From positions 124,001-188,000 of the forward strand of contig MU054001.1 of assembly GCA_013239625.1 (NCBI GenBank): 64,000 bases of DNA. The letters run 5' to 3'. The stretch comes from Lama guanicoe (lineage: Eukaryota). The position numbers and the translations under genes were made by a program. The notes under the pieces were generated by a model, which worked only from the letters and a program-made list of their open reading frames with translations, was not told the origin of the DNA and searched no databases. The stretch's first letter is position 1; every line of letters begins with the position of its first letter. This document shows, one piece after another, positions 25,501-38,898 of the stretch.

Positions 25501-25994
25501 TGAGGTGAAAAGTCCCATAAAAAGACAGGCAGGACCCCCAGGCAGGGCCACTACTCTCCTGCCAGCACCATCCGGTTCCCTGGCCCAGAAGCTCTATCTC
25601 ACTTTTTGCCTCTGAAATGGCTTACTTACCCCTAAAATTCTATTGGTTCCTTGAGCTCACTTCTGATTGGTTATTTCCTTCACTCCTGATTGGTTATTTC
25701 TCTCACTCCTGATTGGTCCATTTCTACAAAGCTTGTTCCTAATTAGTCAACTTTCACTATACCTCATTTGCATATGATGTTGCAAAGTGTAAACTGGCAG
25801 TCGATAAAAGCCTACAGACGGGGTCCAGAGTGTTAACTCCGCTGGGCCTGCTGGCATGATAAACCTGAGTTCTCCAACTCTTCGAGTGCTGCTTGGTCTC
25901 TCGTCCGGATCCAGGTTGCTGTCACAACTGAGCTGAAACACTGAGCTGTAATACCGAGCTATAACACTGAGCTGTAACACATTTTTCCGCAACA
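25501..25994 (+). repeat. ERV 3' LTR (494 bp)
   Basis: Begins TGAGG right after the PPT, ends GCAACA, followed by TSD AAAC. Confidence 0.95.
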
Positions 25995-26546
25995 AAACTA
26001 CTTTCAAATCTCTGGTCTATAAGGATTTTTAATTTTTTAAAAAATATTGTGACTATATTCTATTCCATCCAATCCAAGTGGTAAATTTTAAGTTCTATAT
26101 ACAATGTGTAGACAAGAAACAGCATAACTATCAATATTAAGATCGGCAAACAATACCAGGTTCTTTCATACGTTATCTCACTTAATTTTAAACCCTCCTT
26201 TGATGTATCATTATTCTAAGTTAATATAGCGCTTATAGGGTATACCATAGCTCTTATAGAATAATTTGGAAGTGCTCTCTAAACAATAACAGGCATGCTA
26301 TTTAAAAAAGGGAAATTTAATAATTTACCCTAGGTGCAATGTAAACACTTATAAATAATGCCACTTTGATGCTTTCTCCAAAATATGAAGCCAAACAGAT
26401 GGACATGCTTTTAAGTATATGACTGATTCAACTAAACCAGACTAAAACGAATCTTGAATGATAGTGAATGTATTTATTAAAGTGTTTCAGAAGTTTTAAG
26501 ATACAAAGGGAACATCTATCCATTAAAAGACATGAAGGTCAAATTG

Positions 26547-26873
26547 TGAACATAAACAGGTAAAGACTGAAGAATTGTCACAGATTGGGAGAAACTAAGC
26601 AGAAATAACCTGTAAATGTAATGTCAGATCCTGGATTGGATCCTGGGACAGAGAAAGGGCATCAGTGGAAAAACGGATGAACTCCAGATAAACCTGTCAT
26701 TTAGTTAACAGTACTACACCAAAGTGAATGTCTTGGTTTTGATAACTGGACTTTGATTCTATAAGATGAAAACATTAGGGGACCCTAGATGAGGGGTGTG
26801 CAAATCCTCTGTACTATTGTCACTTTTCTGTAAGACTAAAATTACTGCAAAATTTATTTTTAAAGTTAAAAAA
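26547..26873 (+). mobile_element. Truncated L1 3'UTR (L1MC-like)
   Basis: GATCCTGGATTGGATCCTGG motif; flanked by 23-bp direct repeat TAAAAGAC(A/G)TGAAGGTCAAATTG (26524-26546, 26874-26896). Confidence 0.75.
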
Positions 26874-28098
26874 TAAAAGACGTGAAGGTCAAATTGATAA
26901 ACATTTAGCTTCTTTACAAAGCGGTATTACTACATTCAATATCTCCCTCTTCCTCTCTCTCATCCTTCTTCAACCAGCCACCCATTTACCATTATTCTAA
27001 CCACCACCCCATGCTGCTCAGCCCTGCATTAACCTGTCTGCATCACAGAGAACAATGGTCTCAGTGCAAACAAGTAAGTTGTGCAAAAATTACACTATTT
27101 CAAATCCAAAGTTAAGAAAAAAAGTGAGATAAACAGGAAAACATTAAAACCATTTTTTTAAATGCAGAACACAAAGGACAAATGTAGCTTGCATAGCCTA
27201 TCTTGTTTTCTGATCACTAACTTCACCAAAGAGGAAGTCCAAAGAGTGAATGTAATTGCTAATGGTAAAAGCAGCATTTTACAAGAAAAAGAAAAGGAAA
27301 GGAAACTTCCTTTTTGTATACAGCCATTTTTAACAGTGGAAGAAAGTCTGAGCTGCCTCTCATCCTAGAATCTAGGAGAACTGTTCGGATGAACACTGAC
27401 TTGGGACCAAAAACTCCTGAACACCTCAAGCTGACCCACATCATCCCTTTTCTTAGATTCTGATTTCGCACCCTTGTTGCCCTTACTCCACTGGATCATC
27501 CCAGCCTTTCTTCTTGTTCTAATTCCAGACCTGTATTCTCTGCCTTCTCCCTCTCTTCCCATCCCAATCAAACTGACTCCTCTCCTTCCCTAAGGCAAAA
27601 ACAAAAACTTCTCACCACTCTTCTGTAGGAGGTTGGCCTCCCACTACACTCTTACACACACTCAAGTTGAAGTTCTCCCAGCACCATTTCCCTTTCTCAG
27701 TAAGGAAAGCCTCCCCTGCAGCTGGCCTGCTCAGTCTCCTCACGTTTAGGACCCTCCTGGCAGACTCTTTTCTCACGCCTAGATCATCCTCCAAGCGCCC
27801 TCAATTCTCAGCCCCACATCTCTGCCCCCTGCAGACTCCTTACCCCTTCAAAAGTCCCTCCTTTTCAGATATCCAATTCTTTCTTTCTCAGAGCCTTGCC
27901 TCCCAGACTCACGCCCCCCTCAACCACTTCCCCATCACACCCACCCTCCCCTCAGACAACAACCTCCCCTGACGGGCCCATGGCCCCTTCAGACCGCCTC
28001 GCCTGTCAGATCCACACCCCTTCCCTGGATCTGCCTTTCCCATCAGACTCACGCCTCGCACCTGAATCTACCTCCCGGGACAGACCCTCGCCCCTCAC

Positions 28099-28269
28099 CT
28101 GGATGCGCCTCGCCGCGCCCAGCCGCGTCTGCTGCACGAAAGGGTTGCGCACTGGCGGCGGGAAGAAGGACGCCTGGCGGGGCACCATGGGCGGCCGCAG
28201 CCCCGCATTCCCGACGCCCGCGCTCGGCACAGAGGCCGCCACAGCCGCCGCCTCCGTGCACCGGTTCAT
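28099..28269 (-). CDS. LPCAT2: LPCAT2 exon 1 (coding part)
   Basis: ATG at 28269; MNRCTEAAAVAASVPSAGVGNAGLRPPMVPRQASFFPPPVRNPFVQQTRLGAARRIQ; donor CAG|GTGAGG. Confidence 0.96.
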
Positions 28270-28700
28270 GGCCGAGCCGGGCGCGGGACCAGACAGAAGC
28301 GAATCCCCGCCCGGAGCGCACAAGCCAGCGCCACCGCCACAGCTGAGCTGCACAGGACTCCGGGGCCTCTACGCAAGCGCCAAAGTTACCTAGCCGCCGC
28401 CTGGTCTTCTCCCGCCCCTTCCGACTCTGACCACGCCCAGACTCTGGCCCCACCCCCTGAGCGCAGCCCCACCCTTTTAGGTGTCTGGCTCTTCCCCTGA
28501 GATTAATAGTTCGGCCCTCTTGGAGGTGACAATTTTTCCTATCGAGCGATGCTTTCCCACCAAGAGACAGTTAAAGTTCCCTGCTTTAGAGTCAGGCCGA
28601 CCTGAATTTCCTTTCGCTTTCACTGGCTTTTTGACGTTGACTAAATTACTGTCTCCAAGAGCCTTCGTTACCCTCTTCTGTAAAATGGGGATATACCTAA
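28270..28700 (-). promoter_or_regulatory. LPCAT2 CpG-island 5'UTR/promoter with GC and CACCC boxes
   Basis: CpG-dense 28050-28470; CCCGCCCC (~28411), CCACGCCC (~28431), CCCCACCC (~28448, ~28467); no obvious TATA box. Confidence 0.75.
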
Positions 28701-30534
28701 CTTAGATAAACAGAACCAGAATTCAGCAATGTGAGGAGCAACCCCTGGGCTGTATTCCATTAATTATCCGGGGCGAGTTTGACTTCTGGTGTATGTTTTG
28801 TTTTTGCTTAAATCCGTTTCAGTGGGATGTTTTATCAGTTAGTTACAGCAGAAAGAGTCCTGACTAACATAGAAATTGGTGCCAGGCGTGCAATCTGTTC
28901 CACTCAAAATATGGACTGACAGTGGGGGGATGGTTTTTCAAAGGCAAACTGAGCTGCTATTACTAAAAAAAGACAAAACACCATTCATTGCCCTCTGTGC
29001 TGGATGAGGAACCTGGCTTTAAAAAGGGAAGTGAACTTCCACTTCATCCTGAGGAAGTTCAAGGGCCTATATGGACCTATATGGGTTGCGGTGGGAAAAG
29101 GGGAGGATGTTCCTAGGACCTGAGACCTGCTGGTCAGGCCCTGAGTGCCTGAGAGTCAGATGGAGATGGTGAATAACCATCTTTACTGATCAGCTGCTCA
29201 CAGCAGGCTGGAGGCACCATGAGATCTGACTCTTGGTCCTGGGACAGCTGCTCCTTCCAACATATCCACCGTAGAATCACAGACTCTTCCAACCCTACCA
29301 CATTGCTGTGCAGCGTTCAGCTACTCACTTAACTTCTCTGAGCTTGTATACTCATCTCAGAATGAAAGATCAATTCCTACCTCCCAGGGTTGTAGTAACA
29401 AGTAAAATAATGCATGAATAGTGTTCATAGAAGAGCATCAAGAAATGGCACCTTCTGGGCATTATGTTGTGGAGCAGAATATTCTCAGTATAACAGAGAA
29501 CCTTAATAACAATGTATTAAGGTCATGGTACAAGCTTCCCCAGCCTCAAGGTCTTCAGGTAGAGGCTGTCAGACCCTTGTGGCTCTTTAGTACATGAAGC
29601 AGTCTCTCCAGAGCCCTCAGAGACCTAAGCCATTGGACAGGCCATAGAAGAGAACTCTGGGCCTAAGGTTACCTCCAGACAGACCTGTCCTCTCCTCGTC
29701 CCCTTCCCCAAGAGCCCTATCACGAGAGGCCTGAAGCAATAGTCTACCAGAGCCAGAAGGGGCCTCTGAAATAATCCCAGACCTTTAATTTGTTTTGCAG
29801 CAGCTCCAGAATTTTTATCTATATAGGAGGGGATTAAGGATGAGCAATCAGCTGGGAAGGAGGGGTAAGGAGCTTACCCACTAATAGAAAGCATACACTT
29901 CCCTCCCCTAGCTGTGTTTACTTAGGGGACTTCGGGGAAGGTGGAGGGCAATACTGCTGTTGGAGATACTCCCCTTTGGCTAAAGCTCCTTCTCTAGGTC
30001 GTCTTTGGCCTTGACTCAGGATGTTACCCGATATCTACAGTACCGTGGGCAAATTACTTGTCTCCAGGCCTCAGTTTTCTCATCAATAAAATCTGAGTAA
30101 TAATGGCCTCTCCCCTTCAGGTTGCTGTAAAGATTAAATAAAGTGATGCATGTGAACTGCCCGGCACACAGTAAGCATTCTGTTAATGGAGCCGGTATTA
30201 CTGTTGTTCATTGTTATTAGTATTAGAATGCGTATTGCTGTCAATTATTAAGAATCTGAGACTCAAGAAGGATGGAAACCTTGAACAAGGCCTTGCGATT
30301 AAACAGAAAAGCTGCTGTTCGAGGGCTCCTTCCACAGGACAGAGGGACTCCAGCTCACCCACCCCAAGAGTCTCTTGCTGCTTATTTTGGCAGCTCTGAC
30401 CTTCCCAGATGTCACCTGTTCCCTGCAGGGAACAGAGACTTAAGACTTTACAAGTTTCTTCTTCTGGCTGGGGCGGGAGCCCCTCTAGGCTCTGCTAAAA
30501 CAGCCAGCAAACACACAGCCACTCAATTGGTGTC

Positions 30535-30540
30535 TTTATT
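30535..30540 (-). terminator. MMP2 polyadenylation signal AATAAA
   Basis: TTTATT on + strand ~790 nt past the stop, followed on the minus strand by GU-rich GTGGCTGTGTGTTTG. Confidence 0.75.
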
Positions 30541-31328
30541 CATACTGTTGATGTTTCCCACGGGGAACTGTTGACGGGAGAGGAGGGGAGGGCTGAGCGG
30601 GGACCATGGCTTGGTTTTCCTCCATCCAGTGGAGGAAGTAACAGAGGAGGGACATACTAAATAGAACGCACAAGGGAACCATCACTATGTGGACTGAGAG
30701 GCATCGTGCAGTGACTTCAGACAACCTGAGCCCTTCTGTCAGGAAATGCAGTTTCAAAGTGGAAAAAGAAAAAAGATCAAAAGAAAAGAACAAAGTGCAT
30801 CCAAAGCAAACTGCTAATGTAGGGACAGTCCTAAGGCAGCCAGCAGTGAGAAGGCCAGGTGTCTGGGGTGGGGGGCCACCTGGCCATGCCCTTCTCCCTC
30901 AGCCCCATGCCAGGCCAGGCTGTCGGGCCACCAGTGCCCTCTCGAGACAGTCTCTGTTGGATCCCAGGGTGCTGTAAGCCACAGATGGTTGTGGAGGGAG
31001 AGGAGCCTGAATGAAGTGTGGCAGCACCAGGGCAGCCCAAGGCAGGGCTGCATTGAGAATATCAAAGCATCTCTTTGGGGGTGGCTCTGGAGGGCTGGTG
31101 AAATATGGGAGTGGGGAGGGACACGGGGAGGGGTACAATCAGCACCTTTCCTTGAACACAGGGCAGAGCCACTCTGCGGATTCTTAAATTACCAGGTTGG
31201 GGTGAGAATGCTGATTAACTACAGAGCTAGCTGAGGGCTGCCAGGCCTAGCCGGGTCCTTCCCTGGTGCCCAGGGCCCGGTGTGCAGAAAGTGATGGAGA
31301 GGCAGGCCCCTGGGGGAGCGGGGCCAGC

Positions 31329-31538
<210 letters not shown>

Positions 31539-32852
31539 TTACATCACAGAAGACCCTTCTGAGGCCAAACGAAGGGAAATAGCTTGGAACTGAGCTGAGT
31601 CTCTGCTTCTTCATCTTTAAGATGTGGATAAAGATACCCCCTCTTAGGCCTTGTGGTGAGGATTAAATGAGATGATAGATGCTATTATTAATATAAATTA
31701 CAGTACTCCACTGAGCCCAAGCACCAAACTAGGCACTTTCTATTTCCAGGAGGCTGCTAGCCCCATCAGGCCCACAGATGGGTTTTATTTAGCTCACACA
31801 AGTTTGTTAACAGTTTTGTCTTGTGTTGAATTCTGAATAAGTTGCCAACATGTAAACATCTGGAAACATCATACGAAAATACAGACTTCTCGCTTTCTTT
31901 TGAAAGAGCTAGAATATCAAATAACTGCTCCCCTGTTCTTGTGGGGCAGCGATCATCAGAAGCAGAGAAGCAACGGTCCCCTGAAAACGAGCCATGCGCT
32001 CCGCAGACCCCACCACTCCCTACTGTCTGTTCTGCCTGCTTCACTCATTTATGCTCCCAGCCTGGACCCTATGGACTTCGGAATTTCTTACTTCTGACAT
32101 ATATGATCTCATTTACTTCCTTTAAAATCCATGCACGTTGTACATGTTCAACAGACGTTTATTTCTGAAGATAATCCTTAACCTAACACCTCACCGTATC
32201 CTGCTTTTTCTTGGACATGTAAGACCTTTAGCCTCTGGAGGTCAGGGCCATGTGCTTAGCAGAGGATGGGAACTCAAAAAGCATCTGTGTGGAATTTAAT
32301 TGAAATATCCTCTAAAAAACAAACTGGACTCATTTCTAGGACCTCCTAGAAGCCTCCTCAGGAATATGGTTTCCAAGCTCCAAATTCTATCCCTCACTGG
32401 TACTGGCCACTTTATTCAGTAAGGGACCAGGGACAACTTGAGCTGATGGGAGATCTTTGCCACATCAGCAGCAGGGCATAACAAAGTTTGTCCCGTCTCA
32501 AACGGAGCCATCCTTCTGCTAATGAGAGGCGGTCACAAGGCCTCATACAGAACCCAAAAGGGCCTGGATCAAACCCCAGAATGAATCCACGGCACAGAGC
32601 CCATGTTTCTCACCCCCGGCAGGCCTCCCGCCCTCCCTGCTCCCTGGCTCCAGGCCCTGCAGCTGTGAGGGGCCTTTCTGGGTCTTACTGCCTGCAGCCA
32701 GCTGAGTGAGCAGAGGTCAGGGGTCTGGATGTCTTCCCAGCACTGGGCTGAAGGGGCTGGTTTGTTTTCCTGGGGATCTGCATGCCACCCCACACAATGA
32801 GGGAGTGTGTGCTTGCAAGGAGCGGGGCCCCAGCCGGGGGCGGGGAGTCCTA

Positions 32853-33182
<330 letters not shown>

Positions 33183-36100
33183 TCACTAATCAGGTGACTG
33201 GACAGTCCCATAAAAACAATCTTGTGATTACTGCACTTTTTTCTTTTTAACTTTTTGATTCTAAATTGTCTAACTGCCTGTGGGATCTTTTTCTGAATCT
33301 ATTCTTCATACTGAATAAGTCCTTTGTAAATATTATGGTATCCGTGACAGTTATAAGTTTTTATGTTCTCATTTTGATGATAATCACATTCCTGGAATTT
33401 GTTAACCTTGGATTCAGTAATAAGAAGCTGTCCTCAAAAGGCTTGTTTCTACTGCTAATGTTTAAGCAGTGCGTTAATCACTTTTCATCTACTTTCTCAA
33501 TCAATTTGGACGTCAATCTTATGACACAATTAATACCCATTTTATAGACCAGAGGCTTAAAAAGGGCACCCAGTTTCTAAGCGGGAGTCCAATCCAGGAC
33601 TGTCTGGCTCCAGGGTGGCAAGTTGCTCTCTGACACTCAGTTTTACCAGCTGTAAGATGGCCTGTGTTTAATGTATTTAATTAACATATATTTGAAATGA
33701 AATAACACATGCGTAGTGCCCGTCCCAGGATCTGGTACTGGGTGGGTATTTGGCAAGTGTTAGTTTCCTACAAGCTATAGTACCAAGAGCACTAGGCTAG
33801 GAGCCCAGCGACAGGGTCCTGCCCCATCACTGCCCTTCACTGGGTGGCTCGGACAAATGTCACTTCTGCATCTGTCAAGTGGAGTTGATAGTCCACGTCC
33901 TGGGCGACGATCTTAGCCGGGACAGTGAGGTCACAATATACTGCATGAGCCCAAGCCCTGTTAGTCACAAGGTGGACTTCCTGTCACTTCAGTCCCAGAT
34001 GCCGGTCTCAGGGCAAGTCGTTATCCTGGTCCTGCCATTAATTTGTGTAAATACCTTGAGTATTGGTTGGCACAGTCTTCTTCCTGGCTAGCAACATCTC
34101 TGTCTTCTTAATTTTTTTGGAGAAATTTTAAAAGGCTGGGGTCATTTTCATTCCTTGGCTCCTCCACTTACACTCAATTTATTTATTATTCTGTAAATAT
34201 TTAATGAGCTCACACTTGTTGCTGGGCATATCAGTCAACAAGATCAAGTCTTGCCCTCACGGTGCTAATTTTCTAGGCAGATCTATGTCTGAATGCCATC
34301 CTGAGGACAGCCAAGCGCTCCTCTGCAGGGCCTCACGCTGACTCTCTTCCTTCCTGCAGCCAGCCCGACCACCTCCATCCTGGGTGCCAACAACAGCTTC
34401 CCCCGTGAACCTCCTTCTACAGGGGTCTTCCCCCTCTGCCCATCACCCTGAGAACTGCCAGGAAAGCCTTCCTTCATCTCAACTCCATCACGAGACTTCT
34501 TACAAAACCTAAAATGCTTTCTTGTGACCTGAGGTACCAAAACCAAGTTTCCCAGCTCAAAATTCCAGCAACCCATCCACACCACCCACTGCTGTTTTAT
34601 TTGTACGTGCTAATCCCTCTTTCACTCACAATATTAAGCTCCCCAAGCAGAATGACTATGTCTTGACCCCCGTTTTCCAGCATCTAAGTAAATGCTTGGC
34701 ACGTAGGAGATATTGAGTATCCTTTTGTGGGCTTAGTGGAAGCTTCCAGAAGCAAGGGCCGAGCACTCCCTGGCATGAACTAGAGGACGCCCAAGCTGGA
34801 AGCAGCTGCTTATCCTCTGTCACTGGGGCGCTCCCTCCTTCTCCAGCAAGGAGGCCTGAGCATCTACACACTTTGGACCAATGTTTCGAGCTTATTAACC
34901 ACTTCTCTTGGGAAAAAGAGCTGTCTCCTTTCGAAACCCTGCCCAGGACCTGCAATGAATGGTTCAGCTCTGCTGCTTTTAAGGAGGATTCACAGAGCTT
35001 CCTCTGTAGAGCAGGCTGTCCATCCCAGATCTAGGCTTTGGGAGGTGGGCTTGTTGCAGAAAAAAGACTGGGAAGCAGATAACTCTGCCCAAAGCCTGGC
35101 AAGGTACCACGGGACCCTGAGCATCCCTCTGCATGCACTTGTGTGTGCACACATACACACACTCACGATTACATGTGGACATGTCTGTCCCCATATGTCT
35201 ACATTCACAGGGTGTGCCTGGAGGATGATTATAAATATCCTCCCAACACCATGATTCAAAGACACTAGGGTACTGTGACTCTAAGATTCACGTCTCTGTG
35301 AGGCTGGCTCTTACTGTGCATGATTCTAAGGTTTGGAGATTTGGGGCGCCAACCATGCCAAGATGCTGTTTTCAGTACGTGTGCATGCCCAGGAGCATTT
35401 CAGAGCCTGTGGGCAGAGCGCCTGCTCTGCAGTTTCCTGGCTGACTGTTTTCTTTTTTGAGGCTTGAGATATCAATCAGCTTAAGCTGCTAAGTATCTTA
35501 GGGATATGTCTGGAATTCCACTCTGACACGGCAGCCTGGGACATAAACAGCTTCTGAATGTAGGGCAGCTAGGCACAGGGGTGAGGAGGAGATGAGGGAG
35601 GAGAGAGAGGCCTTGGGAAGGAAGCAGGATTGTTCCAGGGATGGCAGACACAGGTCCAGATGCAGCCACAGGAGGAGTGTGGGGACACTGCCGGGGAAGG
35701 AGGATGACCATTCCTTCCCCACTGACAAAATGACCCTGAAGGTGCAGCGCAGGGGGCCCAGAGCTAGAAGACAGAAGAAGCTGTGACAGTCCTAACTCTG
35801 TGGCCAACACACTTGCCTATAAGTAACTTAGACAAGTTATTCAATTTCTTTGGAGCTCAGTTTGCTTATCAAAGGAGTGTGAAGATTTATAATCAAATTC
35901 CTAAGGTCTAGGCCCCCTGATCCTTAGCCCTGACCATGGCCTTTCAAAACCAAACCCTTCCCTTTAGCTGGATGAGCTGGAGCAGAGAGCTACCTGCTTC
36001 CAAACTGGCACCCTACCAGCCTGCACCCACTGCCACTGGGCCTGTGGCAGACTGGCCAGAGGGTGCCTGCTGCTTCCAGTGGGGCCAGATTTGGATGCTG

Positions 36101-36718
36101 GCTCCGCGGTCAACACACCCATCAGTCTTCATCATATTTTGCCCTCTGCCATCCCTGCCTCCACCAACCCCATCTCTTGGGATCCCACTATCTCAGGTAC
36201 AGAGTAGAACAGTGAAGAGCAGCAGGTCATCTGGGAGCCAGAACCCCAGGGTTCAAATCCCAGTCTGTCACGACTTGGCTGTGTGACTTTAAGCTAGATA
36301 CTTAACCTCTCTGAACCCATTTCCTCACTTATAAAATGGGAATAATAATACCCACCTCGTAAGCCTTTGGAATAGTGTCTGGCACACAGTGTCAGCAGTA
36401 GCAGCTGTTCTCTTTATTTTTATTACCTGCTTCTTTAGTGCCTCACCCTAAAATAAGAGGCTCCAGACCAGACAGGCAAGGGTCCAATCAAAAGACTTCT
36501 GAGAAAGGATAGGAGTTTAACCAGAATTGTACCAATAACGTGCCTAAGGATGGTTCACCCTTGGTGATATCTTAGAGGGCCCGTAGCTCTGAAAGATTAG
36601 AGACCAGAGAGGGGGGTATCCATGGCCCACCAACCTCCAAACGTGACCCAGGAAGCTCGAAGCCACAGTGTCTTCTCCACTTCCATGCAGCTGGCCTCCT
36701 CCACACTGCCCTCCCTTA

Positions 36719-36970
<252 letters not shown>

Positions 36971-37812
36971 TCAACAGGAACACAAGTCCTGCTCACTTCC
37001 ACATTCAATGCCCAGAATCAGGGCTCACATATAAAGTTTTACAAATTGGTTACGGGAGGTACAGGGCCAAGAAAGGCAGTGGGAGTGAGTCCCACCCTGG
37101 CTTCACTCACCAAGCCACAGATTCTCAGTGCCATGCCTGCCCTAAGGGGTAGCTTTTTCTAATTTGCACAAAGGTGTCCTGTGGGCCAGCAGTTGCCCTG
37201 ATCACTCTGGGATGGAGGAGCTAGAGAGCTGGCTGGTGGAACGTGTACCCACGGTGCTGTCTGAGCCTTCAGCTCCTCCAGGAAGCCATCCCTGTGCCCC
37301 TACTTCAGCCTCCCTCCCCCATCACAGCCCTTACCGCGCTCCCTCGTTAACAGCCTGGTTTTCTGTCTCTCCCACTAGTTTATGAGCTCCCTGAGAGCAG
37401 GGGCTGAATCCCTGGCACACAGCAGGTGCTTGAAAGAAGATTAATGAGCAGGGTTTCCCAAATGCTAGCCAGATGACCTTACCTTGGTGATTTTTCCCAC
37501 TTACAGAGATTCCTCATCCTATTACTTAACTCTTAACTTAATATTGTGCTTTCTAGGAATTAATTCTTAAGTCTACAGAAACAAATTAAACATTAAAAAT
37601 GAAAACAAATTGGTATTTAAAAAAAAATTCTAACTAAAATGGGCATCTGCTAAAAGCTCCAGCATTAGACAGGAGTGAGAGACACCAGCACTAAACTGTC
37701 ATTTTACTTCTAGAGAAGGAATCAGAAGGACTAAAAATAATTAAAAGGCAATTGAAATGTTCGCTTTGTGGGCCAATGCTAGTTGATGCTGGGTGTCTGA
37801 ACCAGTCTCTCA

Positions 37813-38118
<306 letters not shown>

Positions 38119-38721
38119 TCACTCTGCAGCTGTAACCACATATGCCTCCCTGAGCCCATTCAGAAACATCCCAGGATGTCTCCCTCGATGGGGGAGCCAA
38201 GATCAAAGAACAGCTGGAGAAGGGCTGGAGAATGGGCAGAGCCCTCTGCAAGATGCCAGGGCTGAGAAGCAACCTCTTTGCTTCCTCTCTTGCTCCCTCC
38301 TCCAGGAAGCCTTCCTTAACTACCTCTGTCCATACTGTGTTCTCCCTCCTCTGAGCTTCTCAAAATCATCAACACTGAGTGCCCGAACAGTAGTTTGATT
38401 GTTTGCTTTTTGCAGTGTCTTATCTTTCCTGCCAGATTAGAAGCCAGTTGAGGTAGGGTCTGATGGCACTCAAAAGCATTTCCTAGGGTTGAAATGATGG
38501 ATTCATGCATTTGGCAAGAGTAATAAGAGCCGTCGTTCCCTGAGGGCCCACTAAGTGCCAGGCACTTTACGTGGCTTGTAAAATGTAAATGTCACAGTAC
38601 TATAAATACAATGTGCACTCTCAGTGGTCTACCCTCCCTCTCATCCTTCCTCATAAAACCCCACACTGATGATCGTCCTTCCCCAAAAGTGGACCCAACC
38701 CCCATTCTGATGAGTTTAAGC

Positions 38722-38898
38722 TACTGGTTCTCAAAGTGGGATCACCAGACCAGCATCTGAAACTCATTAGAAATGCAAATTATTGGGCCCCAACTCAGGA
38801 CCTATGAATCAGACCCTCTGGGCTTGAGGCCTAGTAATCTGTGTTTCAACAAGCCTTCCAGATGGTTCTAACACATGCCAAAGTTTAAGAACCACTGA
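38722..38898. mobile_element. MER5-like hAT MITE
   Basis: Inverted termini TGGTTCTCAAA / TTTAAGAACCA, internal TTAGAAATGCAAAT. Confidence 0.75.

Larger units (their letters stand above)
19591..25994 (+). mobile_element. Defective class I (gamma-like, ERV1) endogenous provirus, 6404 bp, antisense in LPCAT2 intron 1
   Basis: Paired LTRs, 4-bp TSD AAAC (19587-19590, 25995-25998), PBS, PPT AGAAGGGGGGAA (25489-25500), decayed gag/pol/env. Confidence 0.97.
3867..28269 (-). other. LPCAT2: LPCAT2 gene span (lysophosphatidylcholine acyltransferase 2 / lyso-PAF acetyltransferase), coding exons 1-8; 3' part lies beyond the left edge
   Basis: Eight GT-AG exons (171,140,218,113,61,59,35,55 nt) splice into one open frame with acyltransferase motifs HSTFFD (HX4D) and FPEGT and the N-terminal RQAS34 site. 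Confidence 0.97.

Noticed and set aside
28270..28353. In-frame GTG-initiated N-terminal extension of LPCAT2
   Set aside because: The ATG at 28269 has good context and gives the known Ser34 numbering; an open GC-rich UTR is expected by chance
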